Origin: Bacillota bacterium | Lineage (GTDB): Bacteria > Bacillota > Negativicutes > JBAXTZ01 | Direction of reading: 5' to 3' | NCBI GenBank assembly: GCA_037129925.1 | Contig: JBAXTZ010000008.1 | Coordinates: 1,772 to 65,771 of the forward strand | DNA length: 64,000 nucleotides | Shown here: positions 45,216 to 54,232 of the stretch, piece by piece | How positions within the stretch are numbered: position 1 is the first letter of the stretch | Layout of the letters: each line of letters opens with the position of its first letter | The notes under the pieces: generated by a model | What the model was told of the DNA's origin: nothing | Databases searched by the model: none | What the model saw: the letters and a program-made list of their open reading frames with translations, nothing else | Translations under genes and position numbers: made by a program

Positions 45216-46361
45216 TTAACAAAAATATTCCGGTTTATCCTCGGAAAAGCCATTTTTCCACAATAGCGTTTTCACAATCCTGAGAGCGGCTATTCCGTCG
45301 CCGTAAGGATTAGCAGCTTGTGACATCTTGGCATAAGCCTGTTCATCCGCGAGCAACTCCCGTGTTGCTTTGTAAATCGCTTCTTCATCAGTTCCGACAA
45401 GTCGTACCGTTCCGGCCTGAATTGCTTCCGGCCGCTCAGTGGTATCGCGTAACACCAGTACTGGTTTCCCAAGCGCCGGTGCCTCTTCCTGTACACCGCC
45501 TGAATCTGTCAGGACAATGCAGCTTTTGGCAATGAGATTGGCAAACGGCTGATATTCCAATGGCTCGATTAAATATACCCGCTCTAAATCGGATAATTCT
45601 TCATCAACAATGGCTCGCACTAGCGGATTTTTATGCATTGGAAAAACAACAGCAGTATCAGGAAATTCAGTAATTATTCGCCGAATCGCGCGGTAAATAT
45701 TTCGCAGCGGTTCACCTAAATTCTCACGCCGATGCGTAGTCACGAGAATAATTCTTTTGCTAAAGTCAATTTGGCGAAGCTCTTCAGGGAAAACAAAATC
45801 GGTCTTTACCGTACCCATAAGCGCGTCGATGACAGTATTACCGGTAATAAATATTGACTCAGGGGAAATGTTTTCCGCAAGCAGATTTTTCGCAGAAGTT
45901 GCAGTGGGTGCGAAATGATAGTCGGCTATCGATCCGGTCAGTTTACGATTCATTTCCTCGGGCCATGGTGAATATTTGTTACCTGTACGCAATCCGGCTT
46001 CAACATGACCTACTGCAATCTGCTGGTAAAAGGCTGCAAGAGCCGCAGCAAAAGTTGTTGTAGTATCTCCGTGAACCAGTACAATGTCCGGTCGAGCTTC
46101 GGAAAATACTTTTTCCAGTCCTTTCACTGCTTTACAGGTAATATCTGAAAGTGTCTGCCCATGACTCATTATATTTAAATCATAATCGGGCACTATCGAA
46201 AATAACTCCAGCACCTGATCAAGCATTTCACGATGTTGCGCAGTAACCGCTACCAATGAATCAATGTACTCCGGATGCCTTTTAAGTTCCAATGCGAGCG
46301 GCGCCATTTTAATCGCTTCCGGCCGGGTACCAAAAACCGTCATTACCTTTAGTTTTTTCAT
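45216..46361 (-). CDS. mnaA: UDP-N-acetylglucosamine 2-epimerase (non-hydrolysing)
   Basis: The 381-aa product matches WecB/MnaA over its full length (KVMTVFGTRPEAIKMAPL, HVEAGLRT). Confidence 0.9.
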   Translation of the reverse strand: MKKLKVMTVFGTRPEAIKMAPLALELKRHPEYIDSLVAVTAQHREMLDQVLELFSIVPDYDLNIMSHGQTLSDITCKAVKGLEKVFSEARPDIVLVHGDTTTTFAAALAAFYQQIAVGHVEAGLRTGNKYSPWPEEMNRKLTGSIADYHFAPTATSAKNLLAENISPESIFITGNTVIDALMGTVKTDFVFPEELRQIDFSKRIILVTTHRRENLGEPLRNIYRAIRRIITEFPDTAVVFPMHKNPLVRAIVDEELSDLERVYLIEPLEYQPFANLIAKSCIVLTDSGGVQEEAPALGKPVLVLRDTTERPEAIQAGTVRLVGTDEEAIYKATRELLADEQAYAKMSQAANPYGDGIAALRIVKTLLWKNGFSEDKPEYFC

Positions 46362-47392
46362 TTCTTTCCTCGTTTATCATTATGATCAAAAATCCCCAGC
46401 CACTTTGCGCCAAACATTATTAACGCAAACAATATTGCAATTATTATTAAGGCATAACTTGGAGCATAGGTCATCATCAATACCGCCACACCGCCCAAAA
46501 CGATACTGATAGCGTACATCGCCAATACCGCTTGCTTTACACTTAAGCCCCGTTGCAACAACCGATGATGCAAATGACCTTTATCAGGTGCGAAAATTGG
46601 ATTACCGCTTTTGTAGCGTCGAAATATCGCAAATAGTGTATCAAAAATCGGAACTCCAAGCGCTAAAATCGGAACCAAAATCGCAATCGCCGCCAAACTC
46701 TTTATTGAGCCGACTATCGACACACTAGCCAAGATAAATCCCAGGAACATACTGCCGGTATCGCCCATAAATATTTTGGCGGGGTTGAAATTGTGCTGCA
46801 AGAACCCCAGAGCCGAACCGGCTAAGGCTGCAGTCAAAATTGCTGCCGTTGCGTAATTAGCACCCATGGCCATCAAAGAAATTGTCACCGCCGCAATAAA
46901 AGAAATTCCTGCCGCTAGCCCATCCAAGCCGTCAATCAAATTCACCGTATTCACGCAGCCGATGACCCAAATAATAGTAACAGGAGCGGACAACCAAAAC
47001 GGTAAGTAAAACATTCCCTGTCCAAGTGGATTTGATATCCACTCAATTTTTAAATCAAATGCCAACAACACGCAAGCTGCAACTATTTGCAAAAACAACT
47101 TTACTTTGGCATCCATTCCCCGCAAATCGTCCACTATTCCAACTAGAACGATTATTGTGCCACCAATACAGATGCCCAAAACCTGGTTGTTTGCTTGAAT
47201 AGTAAATAGCACTGCCACAATGAATCCGAAGTATATCGCCAAACCACCAAGCCGTGCCATCGGTTTTTTATGTACTTTTCGATGATCGGGAAGATCGACT
47301 GCGCCAATCTTAAAGGCCAACATTTTAACCAACGGTGTCGACAAATAGGCAACCAGCAATGCGATTATAAAAGCTATCGCGTAAGTTATCAT
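46358..47392 (-). CDS. undecaprenyl-phosphate N-acetylhexosamine-1-phosphate transferase (WecA/TagO, MraY-like GT4)
   Basis: The 344-aa polytopic protein has the family motifs DDLRGM and VNLIDGLDGLA. Its stop overlaps the mnaA start. Confidence 0.85.
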   Translation of the reverse strand: MITYAIAFIIALLVAYLSTPLVKMLAFKIGAVDLPDHRKVHKKPMARLGGLAIYFGFIVAVLFTIQANNQVLGICIGGTIIVLVGIVDDLRGMDAKVKLFLQIVAACVLLAFDLKIEWISNPLGQGMFYLPFWLSAPVTIIWVIGCVNTVNLIDGLDGLAAGISFIAAVTISLMAMGANYATAAILTAALAGSALGFLQHNFNPAKIFMGDTGSMFLGFILASVSIVGSIKSLAAIAILVPILALGVPIFDTLFAIFRRYKSGNPIFAPDKGHLHHRLLQRGLSVKQAVLAMYAISIVLGGVAVLMMTYAPSYALIIIAILFALIMFGAKWLGIFDHNDKRGKK

Positions 47393-47408
47393 GTTTTTTC
47401 TCCACGGC

Positions 47409-48044
47409 TTATTTTGTCATGTAACCTTTTTTTATTAACTTTTCAACATGAATTTTCTGAGCAGCTATTATGTCTACTCCGTGATTTTCTTCAAGAATAT
47501 ATAGCATTGTAAAACAACACTGCGCAACATCGCATAGTTCGGTCGCCGCGCCATCAATTATCGCCCGATGTTTGAGCTTGTTTTTCTCACCTGATGCGCC
47601 ACCGTGTTTACCAATATATTGAGTAAGCTCGCCAAGCTCTTCTTGAATTTTGCACATCGTCTGCATAATATCAGCATTAATGTTCAACCGTGGCAAGTAT
47701 AAAAATTTGTACTCACCATCGGTCGCAACCTGATATTCGAAATCTAGTGCGAAAGAATAATTTTTTTTAATCAATTTATCCAAATGTCTACGCACCATCT
47801 GATTAATATCAATTTCATAGAAATCTTCAAGCACAAATAACATTGTAACACAAGTTTGCGCAACATCCAGCAATTCTGCAACAATTTCCTTTAAACAGTC
47901 TGTGCGGCAATCAGCTTGGGATTCATCATAAAAGCCAAGGACGGCACGAGCCAATTCTCCGGATTCTTCTACAGCTTTTAAGATCGTTGAATCGAGCGTT
48001 GGCGACAAATTATTCATTTTCGGAAGTCTAAGCATTTTCGACAC
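47409..48044 (-). CDS. tandem MazG-like nucleotide pyrophosphohydrolase domain protein
   Basis: The 211-aa product has two repeated MazG-like EExxE metal-binding helices (AVEESGELARAV...EIVAELLDVAQ and IQEELGELTQYI...ELCDVAQ). Confidence 0.65.
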   Translation of the reverse strand: MSKMLRLPKMNNLSPTLDSTILKAVEESGELARAVLGFYDESQADCRTDCLKEIVAELLDVAQTCVTMLFVLEDFYEIDINQMVRRHLDKLIKKNYSFALDFEYQVATDGEYKFLYLPRLNINADIMQTMCKIQEELGELTQYIGKHGGASGEKNKLKHRAIIDGAATELCDVAQCCFTMLYILEENHGVDIIAAQKIHVEKLIKKGYMTK

Positions 48045-48447
48045 TCATTTCTATCACTTCAATATCATCGACGTATTGAAACCAATCGATATGCGGATGG
48101 TAGTTTCGAGAAAACACTATCCGTTTGATTCCGCAAGTAATTATTAGCTTTTGGCATTCAGGACAAGGACGGTCGGTGCAATACAAAGTTGCTCCCACCC
48201 GTTCATCTGGTGCACACTCCAGTAAAGCGTTTGGCTCAGCGTGAATACAACGTAAACAATGACCATCAATCATATAGCAACCTTCATCGAGGCAATGTGG
48301 CAAGCCGGAAGGGCTACCATTATAACCAGTGCCTTTTATCCGGCGATCTTTTACTACAATAGCACCAACTGCGCGGCGGCTGCAGGTACTGCGTTCAGAG
48401 ACCTGAAATGCAATTCCCAAATAATATTCATCCCATGATTTTCGCAT
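48028..48447 (-). CDS. dCMP deaminase (ComEB-type cytidine/deoxycytidylate deaminase)
   Basis: The 139-aa product has the zinc-binding motifs HAEPNA and PCPECQKLI. Confidence 0.85.
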   Translation of the reverse strand: MRKSWDEYYLGIAFQVSERSTCSRRAVGAIVVKDRRIKGTGYNGSPSGLPHCLDEGCYMIDGHCLRCIHAEPNALLECAPDERVGATLYCTDRPCPECQKLIITCGIKRIVFSRNYHPHIDWFQYVDDIEVIEMSVENA

Positions 48448-48496
48448 ATTTTACCTCCAGGACAGGAATATTATAGCAAACTAATCGTTCAAAACA

Positions 48497-48532
48497 CATA
48501 AAAAAATCCTGCGACAATAACTGCCGCAGGAT
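48497..48532 (-). terminator. intrinsic terminator after the zinc-ribbon gene
   Basis: The hairpin ATCCTGCGacaataactgcCGCAGGAT is followed by UUUUUUA on the minus strand. Confidence 0.65.
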
Positions 48533-48548
48533 AAAAGTTGCAAGAAAC

Positions 48549-48824
48549 CTAGCGAGCTTTGTTTTGAAAGCAATTGCTGCAAAATACCGGTTTGTCGCTA
48601 CGCGGTTGAAACGGCACTTGACACTCAACTCCGCACTCAGCGCAAACTACATTATGCATTTCGCGAGCTGATTGGCGCGCCTGTTTTTTGGAAACGCGGC
48701 AATCTTTGCATCTTTGCGGCTCATTTTCTAAGCCTTTCTCTTTGTAGAAAGCCTGCTCGCCGGCAGTGAAAATAAATTCACAACCACATTCTTTGCATTG
48801 TAATGTCTTGTCTTCGAATTCCAT
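48549..48824 (-). CDS. small double zinc-ribbon protein (two CxxC...CxxC units)
   Basis: The 91-aa product has two zinc-ribbon units, CKECGCEF...CKDC and CAECGVEC...CSNC. The RBS GAGGTAAAACA lies upstream, and a terminator follows. Confidence 0.65.
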   Translation of the reverse strand: MEFEDKTLQCKECGCEFIFTAGEQAFYKEKGLENEPQRCKDCRVSKKQARQSAREMHNVVCAECGVECQVPFQPRSDKPVFCSNCFQNKAR

Positions 48825-49068
48825 TGTTTTACCTCGATTATTTGTAATTCACCGATATTTGGCTGACCTGGTCTTTGACCCCACACTCGCCTGCAGGAAG
48901 TTTCGCTCCTAACCCGAAGGTCCCCACTACTACCTCTCTCGCTTTTCCAAAGAAAAACGGCAGGACTTACCCCAAAGCCGCACCATGCTCACAATCATTT
49001 GATTGCTTACGTGGGCCGTTTCGCCTGCGACTGGCATCGGCTTGCAACCACAGACCCAAATATAAGCT
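48825..49068 (-). ncRNA. structured 5' leader / candidate riboswitch or cis-regulatory RNA upstream of the zinc-ribbon gene (class unidentified)
   Basis: About 240 nt separate a consensus sigma-70 promoter from the RBS of the zinc-ribbon gene. The region is GC-richer than its surroundings. It contains several self-complementary segments, for example GACCuucgGGUU with a UUCG loop, CAAUCaaauGAUUG, and a long-range pairing between GAAACGGC and GCCGUUUU. There is no plausible ORF on either strand, since the plus-strand ORF at 48875-49150 is Pro-rich antisense noise. Confidence 0.5.
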
Positions 49069-49074
49069 TAGTGG

Positions 49075-49103
49075 TATTATATGTTGGAAAATAAAAAAAT
49101 GCA
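49075..49103 (-). promoter_or_regulatory. sigma-70-type promoter TTGCAT-17nt-TATAAT driving the leader RNA and zinc-ribbon gene
   Basis: On the minus strand, the -35 TTGCAT (49103-49098), a 17-nt AT-rich spacer and the -10 TATAAT (49080-49075) are visible directly. Confidence 0.6.
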
Positions 49104-49194
49104 AGTATTTTTTTGAATTTGTCTTAGCAAATAAATTGTGTTTTCGATGAATGTTTTTCAACGTAAATATTATTTTTCTTAGTTATGTTTTAAA

Positions 49195-49222
49195 TTGCAA
49201 TTGTTTTTCGAATGTTCTATCA
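49195..49222 (+). promoter_or_regulatory. candidate promoter for the HD-GYP gene (TTGCAA-16nt-TATCAT)
   Basis: The -35 TTGCAA (49195-49200) and -10 TATCAT (49217-49222) lie about 30 nt upstream of the RBS AAAGGTGG. Confidence 0.45.
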
Positions 49223-49254
49223 TTAGCTAAACTCACTCTAAAGGTGGAAATTAA

Positions 49255-49860
49255 ATGTACATGCCATCAATTCATAGACAGGCCGAATACGATGGCGGAT
49301 TGGAAAAGCTGGCATCGATTTGCAATACCTATTTAGTTCTTATGAAAGAAAAGAATGCCAGTCTGTATTTGCACGCACACCAAACCGCTAACTATGCAGT
49401 AGCTATCGCAACCCGTTTAAAGTTACCGGCTGAAGAAATTAATTCAATAAGCTTTGCCGCGCTGTTGCACGATGTCGGTCAATTATCTATTCCAAACTCT
49501 GTTCTTTATAAAGCTCCGTTCTTGTCTACGCGTGAGTTATCAACTTACAAAAATCATTGTCTTTCCGGTTGCGCGATGTTGGAAAACATCGCTGCTTGTC
49601 AAACGATAATTCCGTTCATAAAACACCATCATGAGCAATGGAACGGCAGCGGCTATCCGAAACGTTTAAAAGGTTTGAACATCCCGCTGGGCGCCCGTGT
49701 TATAGCCGTTGCAAATTTTTTTGATCATTTTATCAACCCTTGTGTTCAGAACTGGCGCAAAACAAAATCTGAGGCAATAGCCGAATTAACCAACCTATCT
49801 GGCACTTTATTTGATCCGACAATAGTCAAGGCTTTTATATCAATATTAGGAAAACAATAA
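49255..49860 (+). CDS. stand-alone HD-GYP domain protein (predicted c-di-GMP phosphodiesterase)
   Basis: The 201-aa product has the HD motif (AALLHDVGQ) and the HD-GYP signature (HHHEQWNGSGYP). It has no receiver or sensor domain. It is one of only three plus-strand genes in the window. Confidence 0.85.
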   Translation: MYMPSIHRQAEYDGGLEKLASICNTYLVLMKEKNASLYLHAHQTANYAVAIATRLKLPAEEINSISFAALLHDVGQLSIPNSVLYKAPFLSTRELSTYKNHCLSGCAMLENIAACQTIIPFIKHHHEQWNGSGYPKRLKGLNIPLGARVIAVANFFDHFINPCVQNWRKTKSEAIAELTNLSGTLFDPTIVKAFISILGKQ

Positions 49861-49893
49861 GCGACAGCAAAATTGCTGTCGCTTATTTTTTTA
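49860..49893 (+). terminator. intrinsic terminator after the HD-GYP gene (possibly bidirectional with comFC)
   Basis: The hairpin GCGACAGCaaaattGCTGTCGC is followed by TTATTTTTTTAT. Confidence 0.65.
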
Positions 49894-50550
49894 TCTACCA
49901 TGTGCCAAAGTCAATGATCTAACTACTGCGGCTCCAGATTGTTTCAATGATTTTGCACATTCTTCCAATGTTGCGCCGCTAGTAAAGATATCGTCAACTA
50001 ACAACACATGTGCGCCTTTAACTACTGATGGCTGGCCGACATAAAACACTCCGCGGACATTTTCCCGACGAGCTTGTTGCAATAGTTGCCATTGAGGAGC
50101 TGTGCCTTTAGTTCTTGTCAACAAATCTACCCATGGCATGCCGTTGTTCTTCGCCCACATTCGGAAAATGAGTTCACTTTGATTGTAACCGCGCTCGCGA
50201 TAACGTTTTTTGTGCAGTGGCACCGGTACAACCATATCAAAATGTTCTTTCGGAAACAATTCTGTAATCGGCGGCACCAGATCGCGCAACGCTGCCGAGC
50301 GTTTGATTTTTTGATTATATTTTATATCTTTTAACGTCTTTCTCAATGCGCCGGCATAGGCACACAAATAAATTACACTGTCCAGATATTTGAATCGGTG
50401 TGATGAAACATCGGCTTCCTGTTTTTGAACATTTGGTTTACAGCGAACGCAAAATGTCATTGATTCAACTTTTCTGCCACACCCCGGACAAGTGTTGGGA
50501 TAAATAATGTTTCTAATTCCGTAGAGCATCCTGGTAAATATTCCGTTCAA
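49891..50550 (-). CDS. comFC: ComF-family protein (ComFC-like phosphoribosyltransferase domain)
   Basis: The 219-aa product has an N-terminal zinc-finger (CPGCGRK...CVRCK) and the PRTase motif VLLVDDIFTSGATL. Confidence 0.85.
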   Translation of the reverse strand: MNGIFTRMLYGIRNIIYPNTCPGCGRKVESMTFCVRCKPNVQKQEADVSSHRFKYLDSVIYLCAYAGALRKTLKDIKYNQKIKRSAALRDLVPPITELFPKEHFDMVVPVPLHKKRYRERGYNQSELIFRMWAKNNGMPWVDLLTRTKGTAPQWQLLQQARRENVRGVFYVGQPSVVKGAHVLLVDDIFTSGATLEECAKSLKQSGAAVVRSLTLAHGR

Positions 50551-50552
50551 TT

Positions 50553-52697
50553 TTACTCTCCTTGTCGCCTTAGTTTTGTTTCCAACATCGTCCAGCGACG
50601 ATTACTACGTTCAGTCTCCGCTGCCCGCCGCAACGAGCTTTTGCTGCCGACGACAAACAACTTTTGCTTCGCCCTGGTTACTGCCGTGTACAAGATCGTG
50701 CGGCTGAGTAGCGCAACGTGCTCTTTACATAGCACTAGCAGTACAACCGGATATTCACTGCCTTGGCTTTTGTGTACTGTTATCGCATAGGCCAGTTGGA
50801 CGTCACGCAGCCCTTCCGGTTCCACTAGCACTCTGTTGCCATAAAAATCTACGACCATTCCATTATCACCGGACATTTCTACAATTCCAATATCGCCATT
50901 ATAAATGCTTTTTTCGTAATTATTTTTCGTCTGCATAACCTTATCGCCGATTCTAAAAGCCGTGGTTTCGCCATCAAACTTAACGAGGGTACCAAACAAA
51001 TTCAAACGCTCTTGTAATAATTTATTTAAATTTTCAACGCCGCAGTCGGCGCGATACATTGGCGATAGCACTTGAACATCATTGATTATATCCAGCCCTT
51101 GTGTTGACAAGTCGATATACAGTTCAACGATCTTATCGGCGATAATATTCGCCTCGTCAATTTCAAAAAAAATGAAATCAGAAAATTTTTCCAGTTCGGG
51201 TAGCAGCCCCTTTCTTATTCGATGTGAGTTATGGACGATTCCACTGTCGGCTGCTTGGCGAAATATTTCTTCCAGTTGAACTGCTGGAATGCATTTTGAC
51301 CTGATCAAGTCGCGTAAAACTAGTCCGGCGCCGACTGATGGCAATTGATCAGTATCACCTACCAGCACCAATCTGGCGCCCTCGGGCAACGCCTCGAGCA
51401 GATGATAAAATAAACTAATATCCATCATTGAGGCTTCATCGATAATAAATACATCGCCATCCAACCGGTTAAATTCATTTTTCAAAAATTTCATTTCTGC
51501 TTCACTGCTCTGAGCTTCTAACAATCGATGAATGGTTGTTGCAGTTCCGCCGCTGGCATCGGACAACCGCCGCGCCGCCCTGCCAGTAGGCGCTGCTAAA
51601 ACGATCTGCAATCCACAATGTTCAAACAACTCGCGCAGGCAACGAATTATCGTCGTTTTCCCGGTGCCTGGACCACCGGTAATTATTGTAACGCCTTCAG
51701 TCAGCGCCGATATTATTGCCGTTTTTTGTTGAGTAGCCAGTTGAATATGGCTAAGTGTTTCAATCAAGTCTACTAATCTTTTGATTTCCCGTTCGGAAAA
51801 CACTTCGGCCTCAGCGCTGATATTTAACAGCGCCGTCGCTGCCATGTTCTCAAGACTATCCATAAATGGCAAAAACAGCAATTCCAGTTCACGATCTTCG
51901 TCGGCTATCAATTCACCGTCTCTTAGCATCATGACTATTTCGTCATCTATTTCGCTACCCGGCAACGACAAGTGCTTTTGCGCTGAGCGAACTATTCCTT
52001 CACGTGGATAACAACAATGGCCTTCACGCAACGACTGAAGCAGCGAATACACTATTCCCGAGCGCATCCGCAACTTACAACCATTGTCTAAACCGGCTTT
52101 TATCGCAATAGCATCGGCAATTTTAAAACTAATTTCATCAAAATCTTCACATAACCGATAGGGATTGTCGCGAATTATTTCGATAGCCGCCGCTCCATAA
52201 AAAGTAGCAATAAGCGGCGCAAAACTTCCGGTCACACCATAATCCTCAAGAAAGGTTTTTATTTCACGAATCTCATTATGTTCTGTAAACAGCTGGCCAA
52301 TTTCCAGGGCTTTTCCTGAGCTAATTCCACGGATTACCGTCAACTTTTCCGGATTAGAGCGCAACACTTCTAAAAGATCCTCACCAAATTTGGCAATTAT
52401 CCGCGCGACTAGTTTTGGACCGACACCAGTCACCCGTTGTTCCAAAAATAATGCAATATTATCCATTATTCTTTTATCGTTCGGCCGCCATTGGACGCCG
52501 GCAAATTGTTTTCCGTAACGATGATGCGTAATCCATTCACCGCTAACAGTTACCATTTCACCAACCATCGGCGCAAACGAATTTACAGTCACATTCAAAG
52601 TACCGGTCTTATCTTCAGCAACTAAGCGAAAAACGGTATAACTCCGTTTCTCGTTTTCAAATAGAACACTAGATACCGTTCCAACCAATTCGAGCAT
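50553..52697 (-). CDS. recD2: ATP-dependent RecD-like DNA helicase (RecD2 family)
   Basis: The 714-aa product has an N-terminal OB/HhH region, Walker A (GGPGTGKTT) and SF1 helicase motifs (DEASMMD, VGDTDQLPSV). Confidence 0.9.
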   Translation of the reverse strand: MLELVGTVSSVLFENEKRSYTVFRLVAEDKTGTLNVTVNSFAPMVGEMVTVSGEWITHHRYGKQFAGVQWRPNDKRIMDNIALFLEQRVTGVGPKLVARIIAKFGEDLLEVLRSNPEKLTVIRGISSGKALEIGQLFTEHNEIREIKTFLEDYGVTGSFAPLIATFYGAAAIEIIRDNPYRLCEDFDEISFKIADAIAIKAGLDNGCKLRMRSGIVYSLLQSLREGHCCYPREGIVRSAQKHLSLPGSEIDDEIVMMLRDGELIADEDRELELLFLPFMDSLENMAATALLNISAEAEVFSEREIKRLVDLIETLSHIQLATQQKTAIISALTEGVTIITGGPGTGKTTIIRCLRELFEHCGLQIVLAAPTGRAARRLSDASGGTATTIHRLLEAQSSEAEMKFLKNEFNRLDGDVFIIDEASMMDISLFYHLLEALPEGARLVLVGDTDQLPSVGAGLVLRDLIRSKCIPAVQLEEIFRQAADSGIVHNSHRIRKGLLPELEKFSDFIFFEIDEANIIADKIVELYIDLSTQGLDIINDVQVLSPMYRADCGVENLNKLLQERLNLFGTLVKFDGETTAFRIGDKVMQTKNNYEKSIYNGDIGIVEMSGDNGMVVDFYGNRVLVEPEGLRDVQLAYAITVHKSQGSEYPVVLLVLCKEHVALLSRTILYTAVTRAKQKLFVVGSKSSLRRAAETERSNRRWTMLETKLRRQGE

Positions 52698-52710
52698 AGT
52701 CCCTCATAGC

Positions 52711-52737
52711 AACAGCCCCCATTTATTGGGGGCTGTT
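52711..52737. terminator. GC hairpin between pgi and recD2 (weak terminator candidate)
   Basis: The hairpin ACAGCCCCCatttattGGGGGCTGT has a T-tract only on the plus side, where there is no plus-strand gene. It may be an attenuating or decay structure between pgi and recD2. Confidence 0.3.
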
Positions 52738-52765
52738 TATTAGGCCGAGCGTTCTAAAGCTTAGC

Positions 52766-54217
52766 CTATTTATTCATTAGCGGCCCTAGTATTCGCTTAT
52801 ACGCTTCAACTCCAGGCTGATCAAAAGCATCTACGTCGGCAAATTCGCCTTCGTAAGCAATAGATAACGCCAACATATACAACAATTCACCTAGATGATA
52901 AGCGCTCACCGCCGGTAATACAAACTCGGCATTCATGCGATTGTCGCCGGACAACGCCTGAGCATTGGCCATTAAAGCCGCGTCCAAAGCTTGACTGAGC
53001 GTTTTGCCGGCGATTTCATGGAGTTTTGGAACGTCCGGGAAACAATCCGGTACGATCGGGTCATAACTCCAATTTTCAACTCTGAGAAATTGGACAATTT
53101 TATCGCGCTTACCATCTTGATGCTGTTGAGTTTGCGCGTGCATATCGGTTGTGCCGACCGCCACTATCGGAGTGCGACCGTAATAGACTTCATTGCCACT
53201 GCGATCCAGACGTTTGCCCAGTGATTCCGCCAACAACTGAATATACCATTCTGAAACTGATTTCAAATAATCAGCATATGGCATAAATACTTCGATATCC
53301 CGACCATATTTTTCACCAGCAACGTATTTCATTATTGCATTTAGCATCGCCGGATTTTGCCAAACATCTTCCGTTTGACAGGCAAAATCCATTGCCTTGG
53401 CTCCGGCCAAAAATCCATCGATATCAAAGCCGATACAAGCCGCCGTAATCAAGCCAACTTCAGAAAATATACTAAATCGCCCGCCGACACCATCCGGAAC
53501 GGAAAACATTTCCCAGCCTTCTTCCTTGGCAAGTTTGTGCAGCAGCGTTTCCCCAGAATCAGTTCGCGGATCGGTCACCGCGACAACTGTCAGATCGCAC
53601 AACTCGGGACGGGACTTGAATATTTCGTAGACAGTCATAAATGTCGACATCGTGTCTAACGTCGCCCCGGACTTGGAAATAACAACCAAGCAAAGGCTGA
53701 ATTTCTCGCCTTTAGCAGCTTTTTCCTCAGCATCGACAAAAAGTCGTTCGACCAGATCAGTCGTCCGGCGCGGATCCATGTTTTGACCGTGAAAATATAA
53801 CTGTGGGTAACCATTTCGCCACTCTTGTGATTTAGCATTCCAAAATTCACCACACTGAACATCGAACAAAACTTTGTTACCGAGGTACGATCCACCAATA
53901 CCAAATGAAACAACGGTATCAACGTTGAAGCGCAGACTCTCGCCAAATTCTTTAAGTCTTTCGATACTAGCCGGCGAATTCAAGTTACCTTCTTTAACAT
54001 AAGGTAACTGGGAAAACAACACCTTTTCCGGCGTTCCGTCTTTAGATAAATGCCCGCGAATAATTCCGGTTGAGCGCATTTCTTGAATGGCTTTATGGGC
54101 CTTTTTGAGTTTCGCGCTCCGCGTTGTAATATCCCGACGTTGCAGTCGATCGACGCCAAACATGTTCTCATAATTTAATTGAAATCCTGATTCCAAACGC
54201 AAAGTATTGTCTGACAT
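52766..54217 (-). CDS. pgi: glucose-6-phosphate isomerase family protein
   Basis: The 483-aa product is a PGI/SIS-type fold (VVSFGIGGSYLG, VVISKSGATLDT). Confidence 0.85.
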   Translation of the reverse strand: MSDNTLRLESGFQLNYENMFGVDRLQRRDITTRSAKLKKAHKAIQEMRSTGIIRGHLSKDGTPEKVLFSQLPYVKEGNLNSPASIERLKEFGESLRFNVDTVVSFGIGGSYLGNKVLFDVQCGEFWNAKSQEWRNGYPQLYFHGQNMDPRRTTDLVERLFVDAEEKAAKGEKFSLCLVVISKSGATLDTMSTFMTVYEIFKSRPELCDLTVVAVTDPRTDSGETLLHKLAKEEGWEMFSVPDGVGGRFSIFSEVGLITAACIGFDIDGFLAGAKAMDFACQTEDVWQNPAMLNAIMKYVAGEKYGRDIEVFMPYADYLKSVSEWYIQLLAESLGKRLDRSGNEVYYGRTPIVAVGTTDMHAQTQQHQDGKRDKIVQFLRVENWSYDPIVPDCFPDVPKLHEIAGKTLSQALDAALMANAQALSGDNRMNAEFVLPAVSAYHLGELLYMLALSIAYEGEFADVDAFDQPGVEAYKRILGPLMNK

Positions 54218-54232
54218 AACTAACTCCTTAAA

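Noticed and set aside
48849-49080. Identification of the leader as SRP RNA, RNase P RNA, tmRNA or 6S RNA
   Set aside because: The SRP domain IV motif (GGAAGCAGCC), RNase P P4 (AGGAAAGUCCGG) and tmRNA termini (GGGG...CCACCA) are absent. The RNA runs directly into an RBS and ORF, so it behaves as a 5' leader.
48875-49150. Plus-strand 91-aa Pro-rich ORF
   Set aside because: It lies antisense to the GC-rich structured leader RNA and has no RBS. Its composition (P, A, K runs) is typical of a reverse-frame artefact.
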